Shown: in pieces, positions 16,997 through 27,288 of the stretch
Position numbering within the stretch: position 1 is the stretch's first letter
Layout of the letters: every line of letters begins with the position of its first letter
Origin: Chthoniobacteraceae bacterium
GTDB taxonomy: Bacteria > Verrucomicrobiota > Verrucomicrobiia > Chthoniobacterales > Chthoniobacteraceae
Length of the DNA stretch: 64,000 nt
NCBI GenBank assembly: GCA_037190965.1
Contig: JBBCKI010000003.1
Span: 27,032-91,031, forward strand
Direction: 5' to 3'
The notes under the pieces: model-generated
Told to the model about the DNA's origin: nothing
The model's database searches: none
The model's input: only the letters and a program-made list of their open reading frames with translations
Translations under genes and position numbers: made by a program

Positions 16997-18907
16997 TCAC
17001 TTGACCGGCCACGCATCACTCCGGAACGGAGAAGCCGGAAGATCAGCGCCATTGTAAAGATTGCATCCTTCGGGATTGTCAGCCCATGCGTATCGAACCG
17101 CGCATGGATTCGGTACCCGGGGGCTGAAAACCACGACGGTATCCCCTTCGATCGTCGCTTCCGCCCACTCAAACACGCGATTCTGGCCCGCGACGGCAAA
17201 ATGGCGTAGCGCTCCGCCCTTCGCAACCAACTTGCCGCCGGTATGTCGGAAAGTGCAACGAATGTGCCCCCCGGTTTCAATGGTCATCCCGGAAAACAGA
17301 GGCCCCATGGGCACCATTTCCTGGTGGTAGACATCGTGCAAGGCGCTCTGGGCCAACCTGAGGCCCACATCCTTTTTATTGCGTGGATGAATATCGTCGG
17401 CCCCTCCAATGTCGATGGCGACCGCCATTCCCGTTGCCTCCAGAGCCAGAACGGATGTCTGCGCCTCGCGGAGGGCCGCCCACTCGCTCTCGACCGGTTT
17501 CTGGGAGGGACTCAAATAGTTGGCCAACTGAACCTGAATAAACGGGAAATTTCCAGCCCCCCAAGCCCTTCGCCAATCATTGATCATCGCAGGCAACATT
17601 CGCCGATAGAGATTGGCCTCGCCCACATTCGATTCGCCTTGATACCAGATCACACCCCGGATGCCATAGGGGATCAAGGGGGCAAGCCGGTTATCGAACA
17701 GGATGGCAGGCGAATTCGGATTCCCGATGCCCCATGCCAGCTGTGGGGGGATCACCCGACCCCAGTTGTGTTCAACGCAGTAATGCCAGTCACCATGGAG
17801 GGGAATCCGCTCGGTTGGAGCGGCTCCGACCGGAGAGACCCACATTTCATGCACGGGCCCCGCCAGCCCACCCCCATAAACGTGCGAACGCGCACGAACC
17901 GCGATCAGCAGGCCCCCGCTCGAATCCACCATTTCCCCGGCCACCCGATAAACACGCGGCACGCACCAGGAATCCTTGACCTCCCACCCGGTTGAGCCCA
18001 CGTGATGACCGTTCGCCCAAGTTTCATCGTGCTTGTCGATGGCGCCCAGGCAAAGCTCCAGTTCTTTGCCAATCCAGGATGCGGGAATCTCCAGCTTCTT
18101 CCGGAACCAGAAAACGCCGCTGTAGTCATGGCCGTGGCTCTGCCAAAGGCCGGGTAAAGCCATGGTTTCCCATGCAGAGTGATCGAACGCGGGGGAAGCC
18201 CAGCCTCGCGGCAACCCAAGGTTGCCGGGGTCTTGAGGCGCATCGCACCGCTCCCATTCTTGAAAGGTTTGCAAGCCCGCGCGGCTGCCGCGCCGCCAGA
18301 GATACGATTCGTAAAACTGAATTTCATTCCGCCCTTCCGGGTCCAGCATGAGCGCCTCGCGGCTCGTCCAGGCCTGGACCCGGGTTCCGCCCCAGGCGTT
18401 GCAAATCAGCCCCACGGGCACCCCCAGCGCCCGATGCAACCGGCGGCCGAAGTACCCGCCTACCGCCGAAAAGGCAGCCAACGTCTCAGGGGTACAAAGC
18501 CGCCACTTTCCATCCACGGAATCAGTGCATCCGAGTTGCGCAGGCGTCGTCACCGTCAGCATTCGGACTTCGGGCAGCGAGGACGAATCGGGCATTTCAT
18601 CCTCCCCGATCTGGTTGAGTTTCCACTCCATGTTGGATTGCCCGGAGCAGACCCAGACCTCTCCCACCAAAAGATCGTTCACTTCCACCACCCCCGAAGA
18701 TGCTTCCACCGTGAGCTGGTGAGGACCTCCCTCCTTCAGAGGCGGCAGGCGCAGCAGCCACCGCCCGCTGGCATCGACCGTCGTTCCCGCTTCGTGTCCG
18801 GCCAACCTGACAACGACGTTGTCGCCGGGCGAACCGGTCCCCCAGATAGGAAGAGGGATATTACGCTGAAGAACCGCGTGATCCTGAAAGAGAGATGCCA
18901 GTTGCAT
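16997..18907 (-). CDS. sialate O-acetylesterase family protein with inserted carbohydrate-binding-like domain
   Basis: GEVWVCSGQSNM, WYQGESN, DIHPRNK, VRYAW...PASPF; start at ATG 18907. Confidence 0.88.
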   Translation of the reverse strand: MQLASLFQDHAVLQRNIPLPIWGTGSPGDNVVVRLAGHEAGTTVDASGRWLLRLPPLKEGGPHQLTVEASSGVVEVNDLLVGEVWVCSGQSNMEWKLNQIGEDEMPDSSSLPEVRMLTVTTPAQLGCTDSVDGKWRLCTPETLAAFSAVGGYFGRRLHRALGVPVGLICNAWGGTRVQAWTSREALMLDPEGRNEIQFYESYLWRRGSRAGLQTFQEWERCDAPQDPGNLGLPRGWASPAFDHSAWETMALPGLWQSHGHDYSGVFWFRKKLEIPASWIGKELELCLGAIDKHDETWANGHHVGSTGWEVKDSWCVPRVYRVAGEMVDSSGGLLIAVRARSHVYGGGLAGPVHEMWVSPVGAAPTERIPLHGDWHYCVEHNWGRVIPPQLAWGIGNPNSPAILFDNRLAPLIPYGIRGVIWYQGESNVGEANLYRRMLPAMINDWRRAWGAGNFPFIQVQLANYLSPSQKPVESEWAALREAQTSVLALEATGMAVAIDIGGADDIHPRNKKDVGLRLAQSALHDVYHQEMVPMGPLFSGMTIETGGHIRCTFRHTGGKLVAKGGALRHFAVAGQNRVFEWAEATIEGDTVVVFSPRVPNPCAVRYAWADNPEGCNLYNGADLPASPFRSDAWPVK

Positions 18908-19084
18908 GGGAAAAAATGAACCTTGGATGGTTATCGTCGTTCGTTTTGAAATAGGCATCCCACTTTTGGCTTTCAACCCGAAAATCGAGATTGGGAGCGA
19001 ATAGGTGAGTCGCTAATTCGCCTTTCAATGGATAGGACGTGTGATCATTTTTCGACTTTGCAGTCGATACGGCCTCTCACTTTA

Positions 19085-19203
19085 GCCTAAGAACGGTGAT
19101 GGGAGAGGCGAGGCGTACCCCAATGGGTACGGTGAGCCTCGACGAAAGTCACTCGCGGCCAGCAGATTCGCCAGATCGCCCCGATCCATTGCCGTTTTTA
19201 GGT
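19085..19203. mobile_element. MITE-like element, 119 bp, flanked by TTA
   Basis: Terminal inverted repeats CCTAAGAACGGTGATGG / CCATTGCCGTTTTTAGG; TTA at 19082-19084 and 19204-19206; internal hairpin CGTACCC-caat-GGGTACG. Confidence 0.65.
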
Positions 19204-19225
19204 TTAGACATCCTGCCCAGGAAAA

Positions 19226-19699
19226 ATGCCGCTGATCGAAATCGAGACTTGGATTCAAGCCCCTGTCGAGCGGGTCTTCGATCTTGCCCGCAGCATTGAT
19301 GCCCACAAGGCGAGCGCTGAAGGCACGAAGGAACGAGCCATTGAAGGCCGTACTTCCGGTCTGATCGAGATGGGAGAGAGCGTTACATGGGAAGCGCGGC
19401 ATTTCGGCGTCACGCAGCGCCTCACTGTGAGAATCACGGCATTCGATCGACCTCACCTATTTGAAGACCAGATGGTTCGAGGCGCATTTTCCTCGATGAA
19501 GCATTGCCACAGGTTTACCTCGAGCGGTGGCGGAACTCTGATGCAGGATGAATTTCATTTTGCCACGCCGCTTGGATTCATTGGACATATCGTAGAGCGA
19601 ATGTTCCTCACAAGATATATGACGAACTTTCTGCTTAAGCGAAATCGCGCTTTGAAGCACCTCGCTGAGTCCGATGAATGGCAACGGTACATGCCGTAG
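19226..19699 (+). CDS. SRPBCC family protein
   Basis: IQAPVERVFDLARSID, VTWEARHFG, FEDQMVRGAF. Confidence 0.85.
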   Translation: MPLIEIETWIQAPVERVFDLARSIDAHKASAEGTKERAIEGRTSGLIEMGESVTWEARHFGVTQRLTVRITAFDRPHLFEDQMVRGAFSSMKHCHRFTSSGGGTLMQDEFHFATPLGFIGHIVERMFLTRYMTNFLLKRNRALKHLAESDEWQRYMP

Positions 19700-19884
19700 C
19701 AGTAGCCGGAAAAAATTAATTTAGGGCGCAAACACTCGCCGATTTCCTGGCCAAACGGTGCGGCAGCACCGGTAGGCCGCTCGCGCCGTCTCGCCAGAGC
19801 GGCTTACCGATTTTCCCACCCTGCGGCCAACGGAAAAAAAATCCAACCACGAAGGTGCCTTCATACGATTCGCAGGAACTTCTC

Positions 19885-20616
19885 ATGAAACCCCATCCCA
19901 CCGTCACCCATCGTTACGCTCTTCCCGAGGAAAGACCGGGTTATGTCGAACAACTCTTCAACGAAGGAGCGAAGCATTATGACCCCATTGTGGGCTGGGG
20001 ATTCCTTGGTACCGGCAATCGTTATCGCTCAGACGCCCTGAGGCGTCACGGCCTGAAGCCCGGGATGGAACTGCTTGACGTCGCTTCGGGAACCGGACTG
20101 ATGGCGGTGGCGGCAAAGACCATCCTCGGCAATGATGAGGCGATCACCTGCGTGGAACCTAGTGACGGGATGAGGGCCGTCGCCATGAAGAAACTCAACG
20201 CCCGCTTTGTCAAAAGCGGCGCGGAATCGATGCCCCTGGAGAATTCGACTTTCGATTTCCTCACCGTCGGATACGCGCTGCGGCACTTTTCGGACCTTGA
20301 AACAACATTCGCTGAATTCCGCCGGGTATTAAAACCGGGGGGAAAGGTTCTGATCCTCGAAGCCACCCGCCCTTCCGGCCGCTTTGGCTCATTCCTCTTC
20401 CGCCTTTATTTTGGGCGCATCTATCCCCTCTTCGCCCGGCTTTTTACCGGGAGCCGAAAAGCGGAGGAAATGATGGCCTACTTTTGGGAGACCATGGATA
20501 CCTGTGTTCGACCGGAAGAGGTACAGCGCGCTTTGAAAGAGGCAGGATTCAATGAAGTAAAACGCCATCGGTTGATGGGATTCTTCAGCGAATACACCGC
20601 CGTGAAAAACGCTTGA
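19885..20616 (+). CDS. class I SAM-dependent methyltransferase (UbiE/MenG-like)
   Basis: LLDVASGTG motif I, FDFLTVGYALRH, RVLKPGG. Confidence 0.85.
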   Translation: MKPHPTVTHRYALPEERPGYVEQLFNEGAKHYDPIVGWGFLGTGNRYRSDALRRHGLKPGMELLDVASGTGLMAVAAKTILGNDEAITCVEPSDGMRAVAMKKLNARFVKSGAESMPLENSTFDFLTVGYALRHFSDLETTFAEFRRVLKPGGKVLILEATRPSGRFGSFLFRLYFGRIYPLFARLFTGSRKAEEMMAYFWETMDTCVRPEEVQRALKEAGFNEVKRHRLMGFFSEYTAVKNA

Positions 20617-20652
20617 GGAGAAGCGCGGCCTTATCTCTCCTCAATCCCCTTT

Positions 20653-21915
20653 TCACTTCCCGATATTCTTTTTCAATGCCCGGTCGGCGGGTACATCTTC
20701 GCCCGCCCAGATTCTCTGCTGAGTCCATGGACGGCTCTTGGCCGTCCAGAATGGGTCCGAAGGCGGCAGTCCCAGATGCACCAACCCCACGGCGCAAACG
20801 TAAGGGCTGCCGGAGGAAATATAGGATTCTTTGATGGACGGCTGATGACCCACGGCTCCGATTCGCAGCCAGCCGGCTGCATCAAAAGTCCCCGGCGCTT
20901 CCGCCATTCGCCGAATGACGGCCGTTAACGCGGCTCTCACTGCCCCCGGGTCATTCCCGGCGGGTAGCTCATGCATCAACGCCATCAAGGACAACGTCTG
21001 AAACGCTCCAAACCGATAGGTGCTCGAGCGTCCAATAACAGGAAAAGTCCCTTCCGGTGAAATGAGGCGCTCCTGCACCTGAGCATAGCGTTTGGCTCGC
21101 TGGAGAAACACATCAAACTCATTTCCCAGCGGATGCTCTTTCTTCCTGCAGACCTTTACGATTTCCAAGAGCATCGGGTGAATCACGTAGCTGTTGTAAT
21201 AGTCCCAGCGATAAACGGATCCGTCGCCATAGGTGCCGTCGCCCAGATACCATTTTGTATGCTTGCTCAGAGCCACTTCGATCGGCTTCATCTCGCATTC
21301 TCCGGTAAACTCCCATAACGCGACTTCGATAATGGCGGAGAACAGGAGCCAGTTATTCATCAGCGGTTCGATCTGTCGCGATGATTTCAACGCCGCCAGA
21401 ACATGCTGCCGTTCACGTTCACCCAGGTTTCCCCATAGCTGATTGGGTGCGCGAAGTAACGCAAAGGCAACATAGGCTGCATCCACCAGCGGCTGTTGGT
21501 CCCGGTTGAAGTTCATGAAATCGGGGGCATCGGGATCACAAGCGATTCCGAGCCCTCTCACTGCGAGTTCGATATAGCGAGCGCGAAGCTTCCCCTCCTC
21601 ATCGTCGCCGGGGCCAAGCTCAAGCCAGGGTGCCATTCCAGCCAGGAGCCGTCCAAAGGCTTCGAGCGGTGCATAGGGATCCCGTTCTGGATCCAGCTTT
21701 GGAATTCGCTTTTTGAGGCGGTTCTCGCTGAGGCTCACCAATACCGGCTCAGCCAACCGGCTGAGGACTTTTACGGTATAGGCCCTCGCGGCAAGGCCGT
21801 CCTCCTGTGGACTTGGACTTGGTGAAGCGGCGTTCCCAACGGGAACCAATAGACCCAGAAAACAGGAGAACAGATGATTGGCATTCACCCGAACCTTGTT
21901 CAAATAACCTTGCAT
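20653..21915 (-). CDS. DUF2264 domain protein
   Basis: LEAFGRLLAGMAPWLE, QPLVDAA, NNWLLFSA, DYYNSYVIHP, GRSSTYRFG; start uncertain. Confidence 0.82.
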   Translation of the reverse strand: MQGYLNKVRVNANHLFSCFLGLLVPVGNAASPSPSPQEDGLAARAYTVKVLSRLAEPVLVSLSENRLKKRIPKLDPERDPYAPLEAFGRLLAGMAPWLELGPGDDEEGKLRARYIELAVRGLGIACDPDAPDFMNFNRDQQPLVDAAYVAFALLRAPNQLWGNLGERERQHVLAALKSSRQIEPLMNNWLLFSAIIEVALWEFTGECEMKPIEVALSKHTKWYLGDGTYGDGSVYRWDYYNSYVIHPMLLEIVKVCRKKEHPLGNEFDVFLQRAKRYAQVQERLISPEGTFPVIGRSSTYRFGAFQTLSLMALMHELPAGNDPGAVRAALTAVIRRMAEAPGTFDAAGWLRIGAVGHQPSIKESYISSGSPYVCAVGLVHLGLPPSDPFWTAKSRPWTQQRIWAGEDVPADRALKKNIGK

Positions 21916-21996
21916 AAGGTGAAAGAATCACGGATCGCCTCGATTCAACAGGAAAAATGGAAGCTCCTGGGATTCCGGTGCTCCCGCACCACTGTC

Positions 21997-23373
21997 TCAT
22001 TGTACCTTATGCGCCCAGAAGCTCTGCCAGCGCGCCAACTGGGCCTGCACGTTTTTTGACGAAGGGGCGCCGACGTTCGTGCGAGCGTCGATCGAGCGGC
22101 GGACGCTGAGGCAATCGTAGACGTCGCCCTCGAAGGCGGGAGAGAGAGCTTTGTAATCTTCCAGCGCCAAGTCCGCGAGGCCGCAGCCGCGTTCCAGGCA
22201 AAGGGCGACGGTTTTACCGATCACCTCGTGAGCTTTGCGGAATGGGACTCCGTGCAGGACGAGGTAGTCGGCGAGGTCTGTGGCGAGGAGGTTCCAGTCG
22301 CTCACCGCTTCTTCCGTGTTGGCCCCATTGACTTCGATTTCCCGCAGCATGGCGGCGAAAATCTGGAGTGCGGCCTTGGCGGTGTCGATGGAATCAAAGA
22401 GCGGCTCCTTGTCCTCCTGCATGTCACGATTGTAGGTCATCGGGAGCCCCTTCATCGTCGTCAATAGCGAAACGAGATTCCCCACCAGCCGCCCGCTCTT
22501 GCCGCGCGTCAACTCGGCCACGTCGGGGTTCTTCTTCTGGGGCATGAGGCTGGAGCCGGTAGTGTAGGCGTCCGAGATGGTGACAAACTTGAACTCCGCG
22601 GAGGCCCAGAGGATGAGATCCTCGCTCAAACGCGAGAGGTGGATACCGACCAGCGCGAGGTCGGAAAGAATCTCCACGGCAAAGTCGCGGTCGCTCACGG
22701 CATCCATGCTGTTCTGCGTAATGGCGGGGAAATCGAGCAGCCGGGCGATCAACTCACGGTCGAGGTTGATCGTCGAGCCCGCGATGGCCCCGGAGCCGAG
22801 CGGCATGACGTTGATCCTTTTGCGGACGTCTGCGATGCGGTCGCGGTCGCGCCCGAACATCTCCACGTACGCGAGGAGATGATGCGCGAAAAGAACCGGC
22901 TGTGCCCGTTGGAGATGCGTGTACCCGGGGATAACGACCTCCGCGTTGCGAGCGCCGAGATCGACGAGGCTTTTTTGCACCTCGGCCAGCAATGCGCCGA
23001 TTTCGTCGGCTTCCTGGCGCAGATAGAGCCGGATATCGAGCGCCACCTGGTCGTTTCGACTGCGGGCGGTGTGCAGTTTCGCGCCTGGGTCACCGATGCG
23101 GCGGGTCAGTTCCGCCTCGATGTTCATGTGGACATCCTCAAGTTCGGGCTTCCAGACGAACTCGCCCCGGTCGATCTCATCGCGGATCTGCAGCAACCCC
23201 GAGCGGATAGCCTCCAATTCCTCAGACGTAATCAGCCCCGCCTCGACAAGCGCGGTGGCATGGGCGATGGACCCGGCGATGTCATGCCGGTAGAGCCGCC
23301 AGTCGAAGGAGATCGACTCGCTGAAATCTTTGAGCAATTGGGCAGTATCGGTCTTGAAGCGGCCTTTCCACAT
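21997..23373 (-). CDS. argH: argininosuccinate lyase
   Basis: MWKGRF, HTARSRNDQ, PGYTHLQRAQP, GSSLMPQKKNPD. Confidence 0.97.
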   Translation of the reverse strand: MWKGRFKTDTAQLLKDFSESISFDWRLYRHDIAGSIAHATALVEAGLITSEELEAIRSGLLQIRDEIDRGEFVWKPELEDVHMNIEAELTRRIGDPGAKLHTARSRNDQVALDIRLYLRQEADEIGALLAEVQKSLVDLGARNAEVVIPGYTHLQRAQPVLFAHHLLAYVEMFGRDRDRIADVRKRINVMPLGSGAIAGSTINLDRELIARLLDFPAITQNSMDAVSDRDFAVEILSDLALVGIHLSRLSEDLILWASAEFKFVTISDAYTTGSSLMPQKKNPDVAELTRGKSGRLVGNLVSLLTTMKGLPMTYNRDMQEDKEPLFDSIDTAKAALQIFAAMLREIEVNGANTEEAVSDWNLLATDLADYLVLHGVPFRKAHEVIGKTVALCLERGCGLADLALEDYKALSPAFEGDVYDCLSVRRSIDARTNVGAPSSKNVQAQLARWQSFWAHKVQ

Positions 23374-23458
23374 ATAAAAATCGGTATTAGAGGGCGACGA
23401 TCATGGACAAACCGGAGGAAACCGGAAAGCGGAAAACCGGACCCGAACGAGAGCGGAA

Positions 23459-24457
23459 TTACAATCCATCCCGAACGACCCGCAACCCCGAGTCAAGCTG
23501 CTCTCCAAGCGCCTCGATCATCGTCGCCGGGTCTTCCAGCGCGGCGAGCGCTCCGAGGCGCGGCAGGACGACAAGGCTGCAACTCTGCCCCAGTGACTGA
23601 AGCCGCCGCCCCTCCTCCAAAGGGGGATAGCCCGGCTCGCTCCCCCAGAAAAGCGTCACGGATTGATTGAGGGATGGCATCCTCGCCTCGAGGTCAAGAT
23701 TGAGCTTACCGGAGTGCAGGTTACGGATCGCAAATTCCGCGCCTCCCTGTTGAGCGCAGGTCGTAAAGACTTCCACCACCTCGTCGGTCAATCGCGAAGA
23801 ATCCACAAAGCCGCCCATGGCCAGCCAGTTGCGCACCGCCGCGTGGGTGGACTGATAGTTACGATACAGGAAGCGCTGGAGCAACTCGGCCCTCGCCGCA
23901 AGGCGCGTGCTGCGGCGCAGCCTTGCCTGCCCGAAATTGTGGCCGCCCGTCGGCATGTGAAGAATGAGCCGCGAGACCAACTCCGGGTGCTGGCTGGCCA
24001 GTTGCACGCAAAAACCGGCGCTCAAACCGCTGGCGACGACAATCGGCATCTCGCCCCAACAGGTCGCGCGGATGAACTCCGCCAGCATCCGGACGTAATC
24101 GCTCGCGCTGGCCTGGATGTTCGGGCGTTGCGATTCGCCGAACCCGACGAGATCCGGGGCGATCACGCGAAAGCGCCCGGCAAACTCCGGATAAACCTTG
24201 GACCACTCGTACGAGGAACCGCCAAGGCAGATGCTGTGGAGAAACAAAAGAGGCTGCCCCTCGCCCGCTTCATGATAAATCAGGTGCCCAAGGCTGGTGT
24301 GAAGGACCTTGGTGGCGAAAACGGCGGGGGAAATCGTATCCGGCAGCGGTGATTTACCCGCCGGGCGAATGGCGTATTTCAGGGCAAGAAAGATCGCGCC
24401 CAGGAGCCCGGCCCCGAGCCCTACGCCGACGAGCTTTTTCTTGTCCTTTTGTGGCAT
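23459..24457 (-). CDS. alpha/beta fold hydrolase-like protein with N-terminal membrane anchor
   Basis: FRVIAPDLVGFGES; nucleophile elbow atypical (ASGLSA). Confidence 0.75.
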   Translation of the reverse strand: MPQKDKKKLVGVGLGAGLLGAIFLALKYAIRPAGKSPLPDTISPAVFATKVLHTSLGHLIYHEAGEGQPLLFLHSICLGGSSYEWSKVYPEFAGRFRVIAPDLVGFGESQRPNIQASASDYVRMLAEFIRATCWGEMPIVVASGLSAGFCVQLASQHPELVSRLILHMPTGGHNFGQARLRRSTRLAARAELLQRFLYRNYQSTHAAVRNWLAMGGFVDSSRLTDEVVEVFTTCAQQGGAEFAIRNLHSGKLNLDLEARMPSLNQSVTLFWGSEPGYPPLEEGRRLQSLGQSCSLVVLPRLGALAALEDPATMIEALGEQLDSGLRVVRDGL

Positions 24458-24560
24458 GGTTAAACGAGGGAAGATTCCTCTCCAAATCGCACCACGGCAA
24501 TGCCGGAGTCCTATCTCCCCGCGAGAGTTTTACCGAAGGGAAAGAAGCGAGCCAAGCGCG

Positions 24561-24660
24561 AAAGCTGCGAAGACCGCAGCAGTCCAAGACGCTCCCGCGA
24601 CTGCATGGCGCACCACGAAACGCGCCAGCGTCTTGGAGTGCGGCGGTTCCCCGCCGCTTT
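24561..24660. repeat. REP-like inverted doublet (GGAGTGCGGC family)
   Basis: AAAGCTGCGAAGACCGCAGCAGTCCAAGACGCT ... AGCGTCTTGGAGTGCGGCGGTTCCCCGCCGCTTT inverted pair, each unit with an internal hairpin. Confidence 0.7.
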
Positions 24661-24679
24661 CGTACGCGGGACCTACAAA

Positions 24680-25756
24680 CTAAGCCAGCCGGACTTCTTT
24701 TTTTCCTTTTTCGATGCGGCCGATCGGGCGGCCTTTCGTCAGGCTCACAACCTCCCGGACATCGCGTTCGGCCACAACGAGCGTCATCCCGATCCCCATG
24801 TTGAAGACCTGGTACATCTCGTCGGCGTCCACCTTGCCGTTCTCCTGAATGATCTTGAAGAGAGCGGGAACTTTCCACGCCTTCGTGTCAATGACCGCGT
24901 CACACCCGTCGGGCAGCACGCGCGGGAGATTGTCGATCAAGCCGCCGCCAGTGATGTGGGCGATCCCCTTGAGAATCCCCTCCGGCAGCGAGGCAAGCAG
25001 CGGCTGATAGTTCTTGTGCACGCGCAGCAACTCATCTCCGAGGCTCTTGGTCAGGCCGGGAACTTTCGAATCGACCGTCAGCCCCATCGTTTCGAAAAGC
25101 ACTTTGCGGGCGAGCGAATAACCGTTGGTGTGCAAGCCGTTGGAAGGCAGGCCGACGATGATGTCGCCGGGGTTGATCCGGCTGCCGTCGATCATCTTCT
25201 TGCGATCCACCACGCCGACGATGGTTCCCGCGAGATCGTACTCCCCGGGCTGATACATTCCCGGCATCTGGGCGGTTTCGCCACCGATCAGCGCGCATCC
25301 CCCCGCCTGGCACGCCTTGGAGAAGCCTCGCAGAATCTCTTCGAACACGGCGGGCTCCAGTTTCTCCGCCCCGATATAGTCGAGGAAGAAGAGCGGTTTC
25401 GCGCCGAGCACGGCGATGTCGTCGATGCAGTGATTGACGAGATCCTGCCCCACGGTGTCATGCTTCCCGGTGAGAAAGGCGATCTTGAGCTTCGTGCCGA
25501 CGCCGTCCACGCTCGAGACGAGCACCGGGTCTTTCATCCCCTTGAAATCCGGGCGGAACAAGCCACCGAAACCGCCGATTTTCCCAAGCACCTCGGGTCC
25601 GTGCGTAATTTTGACCTGACTCTGGATGCGGCTCTTGACAGCGTTGCCGAGGTCGACATCGACTCCGGCCTGCGCATAGGCCTTTTTGGAAGGGGTGGCG
25701 GGCGACTTGCTGGCAGCCGCCTTTTTCGTTTTGGATTTGCTCGCTGGTGTGGCCAT
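24680..25756 (-). CDS. purM: phosphoribosylformylglycinamidine cyclo-ligase
   Basis: YAQAGVD, DGVGTK, GGETAQMP, SNGLHTNGYSL, HITGGG, FNMGIG. Confidence 0.96.
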   Translation of the reverse strand: MATPASKSKTKKAAASKSPATPSKKAYAQAGVDVDLGNAVKSRIQSQVKITHGPEVLGKIGGFGGLFRPDFKGMKDPVLVSSVDGVGTKLKIAFLTGKHDTVGQDLVNHCIDDIAVLGAKPLFFLDYIGAEKLEPAVFEEILRGFSKACQAGGCALIGGETAQMPGMYQPGEYDLAGTIVGVVDRKKMIDGSRINPGDIIVGLPSNGLHTNGYSLARKVLFETMGLTVDSKVPGLTKSLGDELLRVHKNYQPLLASLPEGILKGIAHITGGGLIDNLPRVLPDGCDAVIDTKAWKVPALFKIIQENGKVDADEMYQVFNMGIGMTLVVAERDVREVVSLTKGRPIGRIEKGKKEVRLA

Positions 25757-25768
25757 CGCGGGTGAAAA

Positions 25769-27253
25769 CTAGTTGGCGGGACTGCCCGCCGGAGGAAAGA
25801 GTTGGGGTTGGGGATTGGGTTCGACGAGATGACTGATGCGTCCACGCCGCCGTTCCATGATGAACTTGTCGACATTCGGGTCTACCGGGATCGGGTAGTC
25901 CCCCGTAAAGCAGGCCATGCAGAAGCTGTCCGCAGGCTGCTCGGTAGCGCGCACCATCCCGGGGACATCAAGATAACCGATACTATCCGCACCGAGGTAC
26001 TCCCGGATCTGATCGAGCGTGCACTGGTTGGCCAGCAGGTTGGCGGGGTCGGGGAAGTCGATGCCGTAGTGACAGGCAAACTTGTGCGGCGGGCACGAGA
26101 TGCGCATATGCACCTCCTTGGCTCCCGCTTCACGCAGCGTGACGACGCGGGCCCGCGCCGTGGTGCCGCGCACGATGGAGTCATCGACGACAACCACCCG
26201 CTTTCCTTTCACCGCCTCCTTGATGAGGTTCAACTTCACCCGGACATTGAAATCGCGGATGAGCTGCGTGGGCTGCAAAAAGGTGCGCCCGATGTAGTGA
26301 TTGCGGACAAAGGCGTGCTCGTAGGGAATCCCGAGTTCCTGGGCAAAACCGAGGGCGGCGTAGTTGCCGGAGTCGGGCACCGGAACGACCAAATCCGCCT
26401 CCGCCGGATGCAAACGGGCCAGTTCGCGGCCCATCGCGGTGCGCACCTTGGCGACGTTGATGTCGTTGATGATGCTGTCAGGACGCGCGAAATAGACGTA
26501 CTCGAAGATACAGAACGATTTCTTGGCGGCCTCAAACGGCCATTCGGAGCGGATGCCGTTCTCGTCGATAATCACGACTTCGCCCGGCTCGATCTCGCGG
26601 ATGAATTCCGCGTGAATGAGATCGAAGGCGCAGGTCTCCGAGGAGAGGACATAAGCTCCGTCCAGCTTCCCGAGCATCAACGGGCGGAACCCGAGCGGAT
26701 CGCGGACGCCGATGATTTCGCGTTCTCCCATGAGGACCAGTGAGAACGCGCCGTGCACGCGGCGTAGCGCGGAAAGCACGGTGTCGGATTCGCCCGGCTT
26801 GGCAAGCAGATGAAGAATGATTTCGCTGTCAACCGTGGTCTGGAAAATGGACCCGGCCTGTTCGAGCTCTTCGCGCAAAACCCCGGCGTTGACGAGATTG
26901 CCGTTGTGCCCGATGGCGAGTTGCCCCCGGGCGCAATCAACGACCATCGGCTGGGCATTGGTGATGTTACTCGACCCCGTGGTCGAATAGCGAACATGCC
27001 CGATCGCCCGCGTCCCCTTGAGCATGTCGAGGTCGCCAGGGGAAAACACCTGGGAGACCAGCCCCATCCCTTTGTGACAAACGAACGGCGTGTTCGGCCC
27101 CGTGGCCGTGACGATCCCCGCGCTTTCCTGCCCCCGGTGCTGGAGGGCGAAGAGGCCGTAATAAGTCAGTACGGCGGCGTTGGGATGGCCAATAACGGCA
27201 AAGACGCCACATTCATGAGCCGGTCGGTTTCTTTCAGTGCTTGCTTCAGACAT
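25769..27253 (-). CDS. purF: amidophosphoribosyltransferase
   Basis: ECGVF, QHRGQESAG, EYVYFARPDS, VDDSIVRGTT. Confidence 0.96.
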   Translation of the reverse strand: MSEASTERNRPAHECGVFAVIGHPNAAVLTYYGLFALQHRGQESAGIVTATGPNTPFVCHKGMGLVSQVFSPGDLDMLKGTRAIGHVRYSTTGSSNITNAQPMVVDCARGQLAIGHNGNLVNAGVLREELEQAGSIFQTTVDSEIILHLLAKPGESDTVLSALRRVHGAFSLVLMGEREIIGVRDPLGFRPLMLGKLDGAYVLSSETCAFDLIHAEFIREIEPGEVVIIDENGIRSEWPFEAAKKSFCIFEYVYFARPDSIINDINVAKVRTAMGRELARLHPAEADLVVPVPDSGNYAALGFAQELGIPYEHAFVRNHYIGRTFLQPTQLIRDFNVRVKLNLIKEAVKGKRVVVVDDSIVRGTTARARVVTLREAGAKEVHMRISCPPHKFACHYGIDFPDPANLLANQCTLDQIREYLGADSIGYLDVPGMVRATEQPADSFCMACFTGDYPIPVDPNVDKFIMERRRGRISHLVEPNPQPQLFPPAGSPAN

Positions 27254-27288
27254 GCGCGGTGTGTGTCGGGCGGTGTACGAACGAGAAC

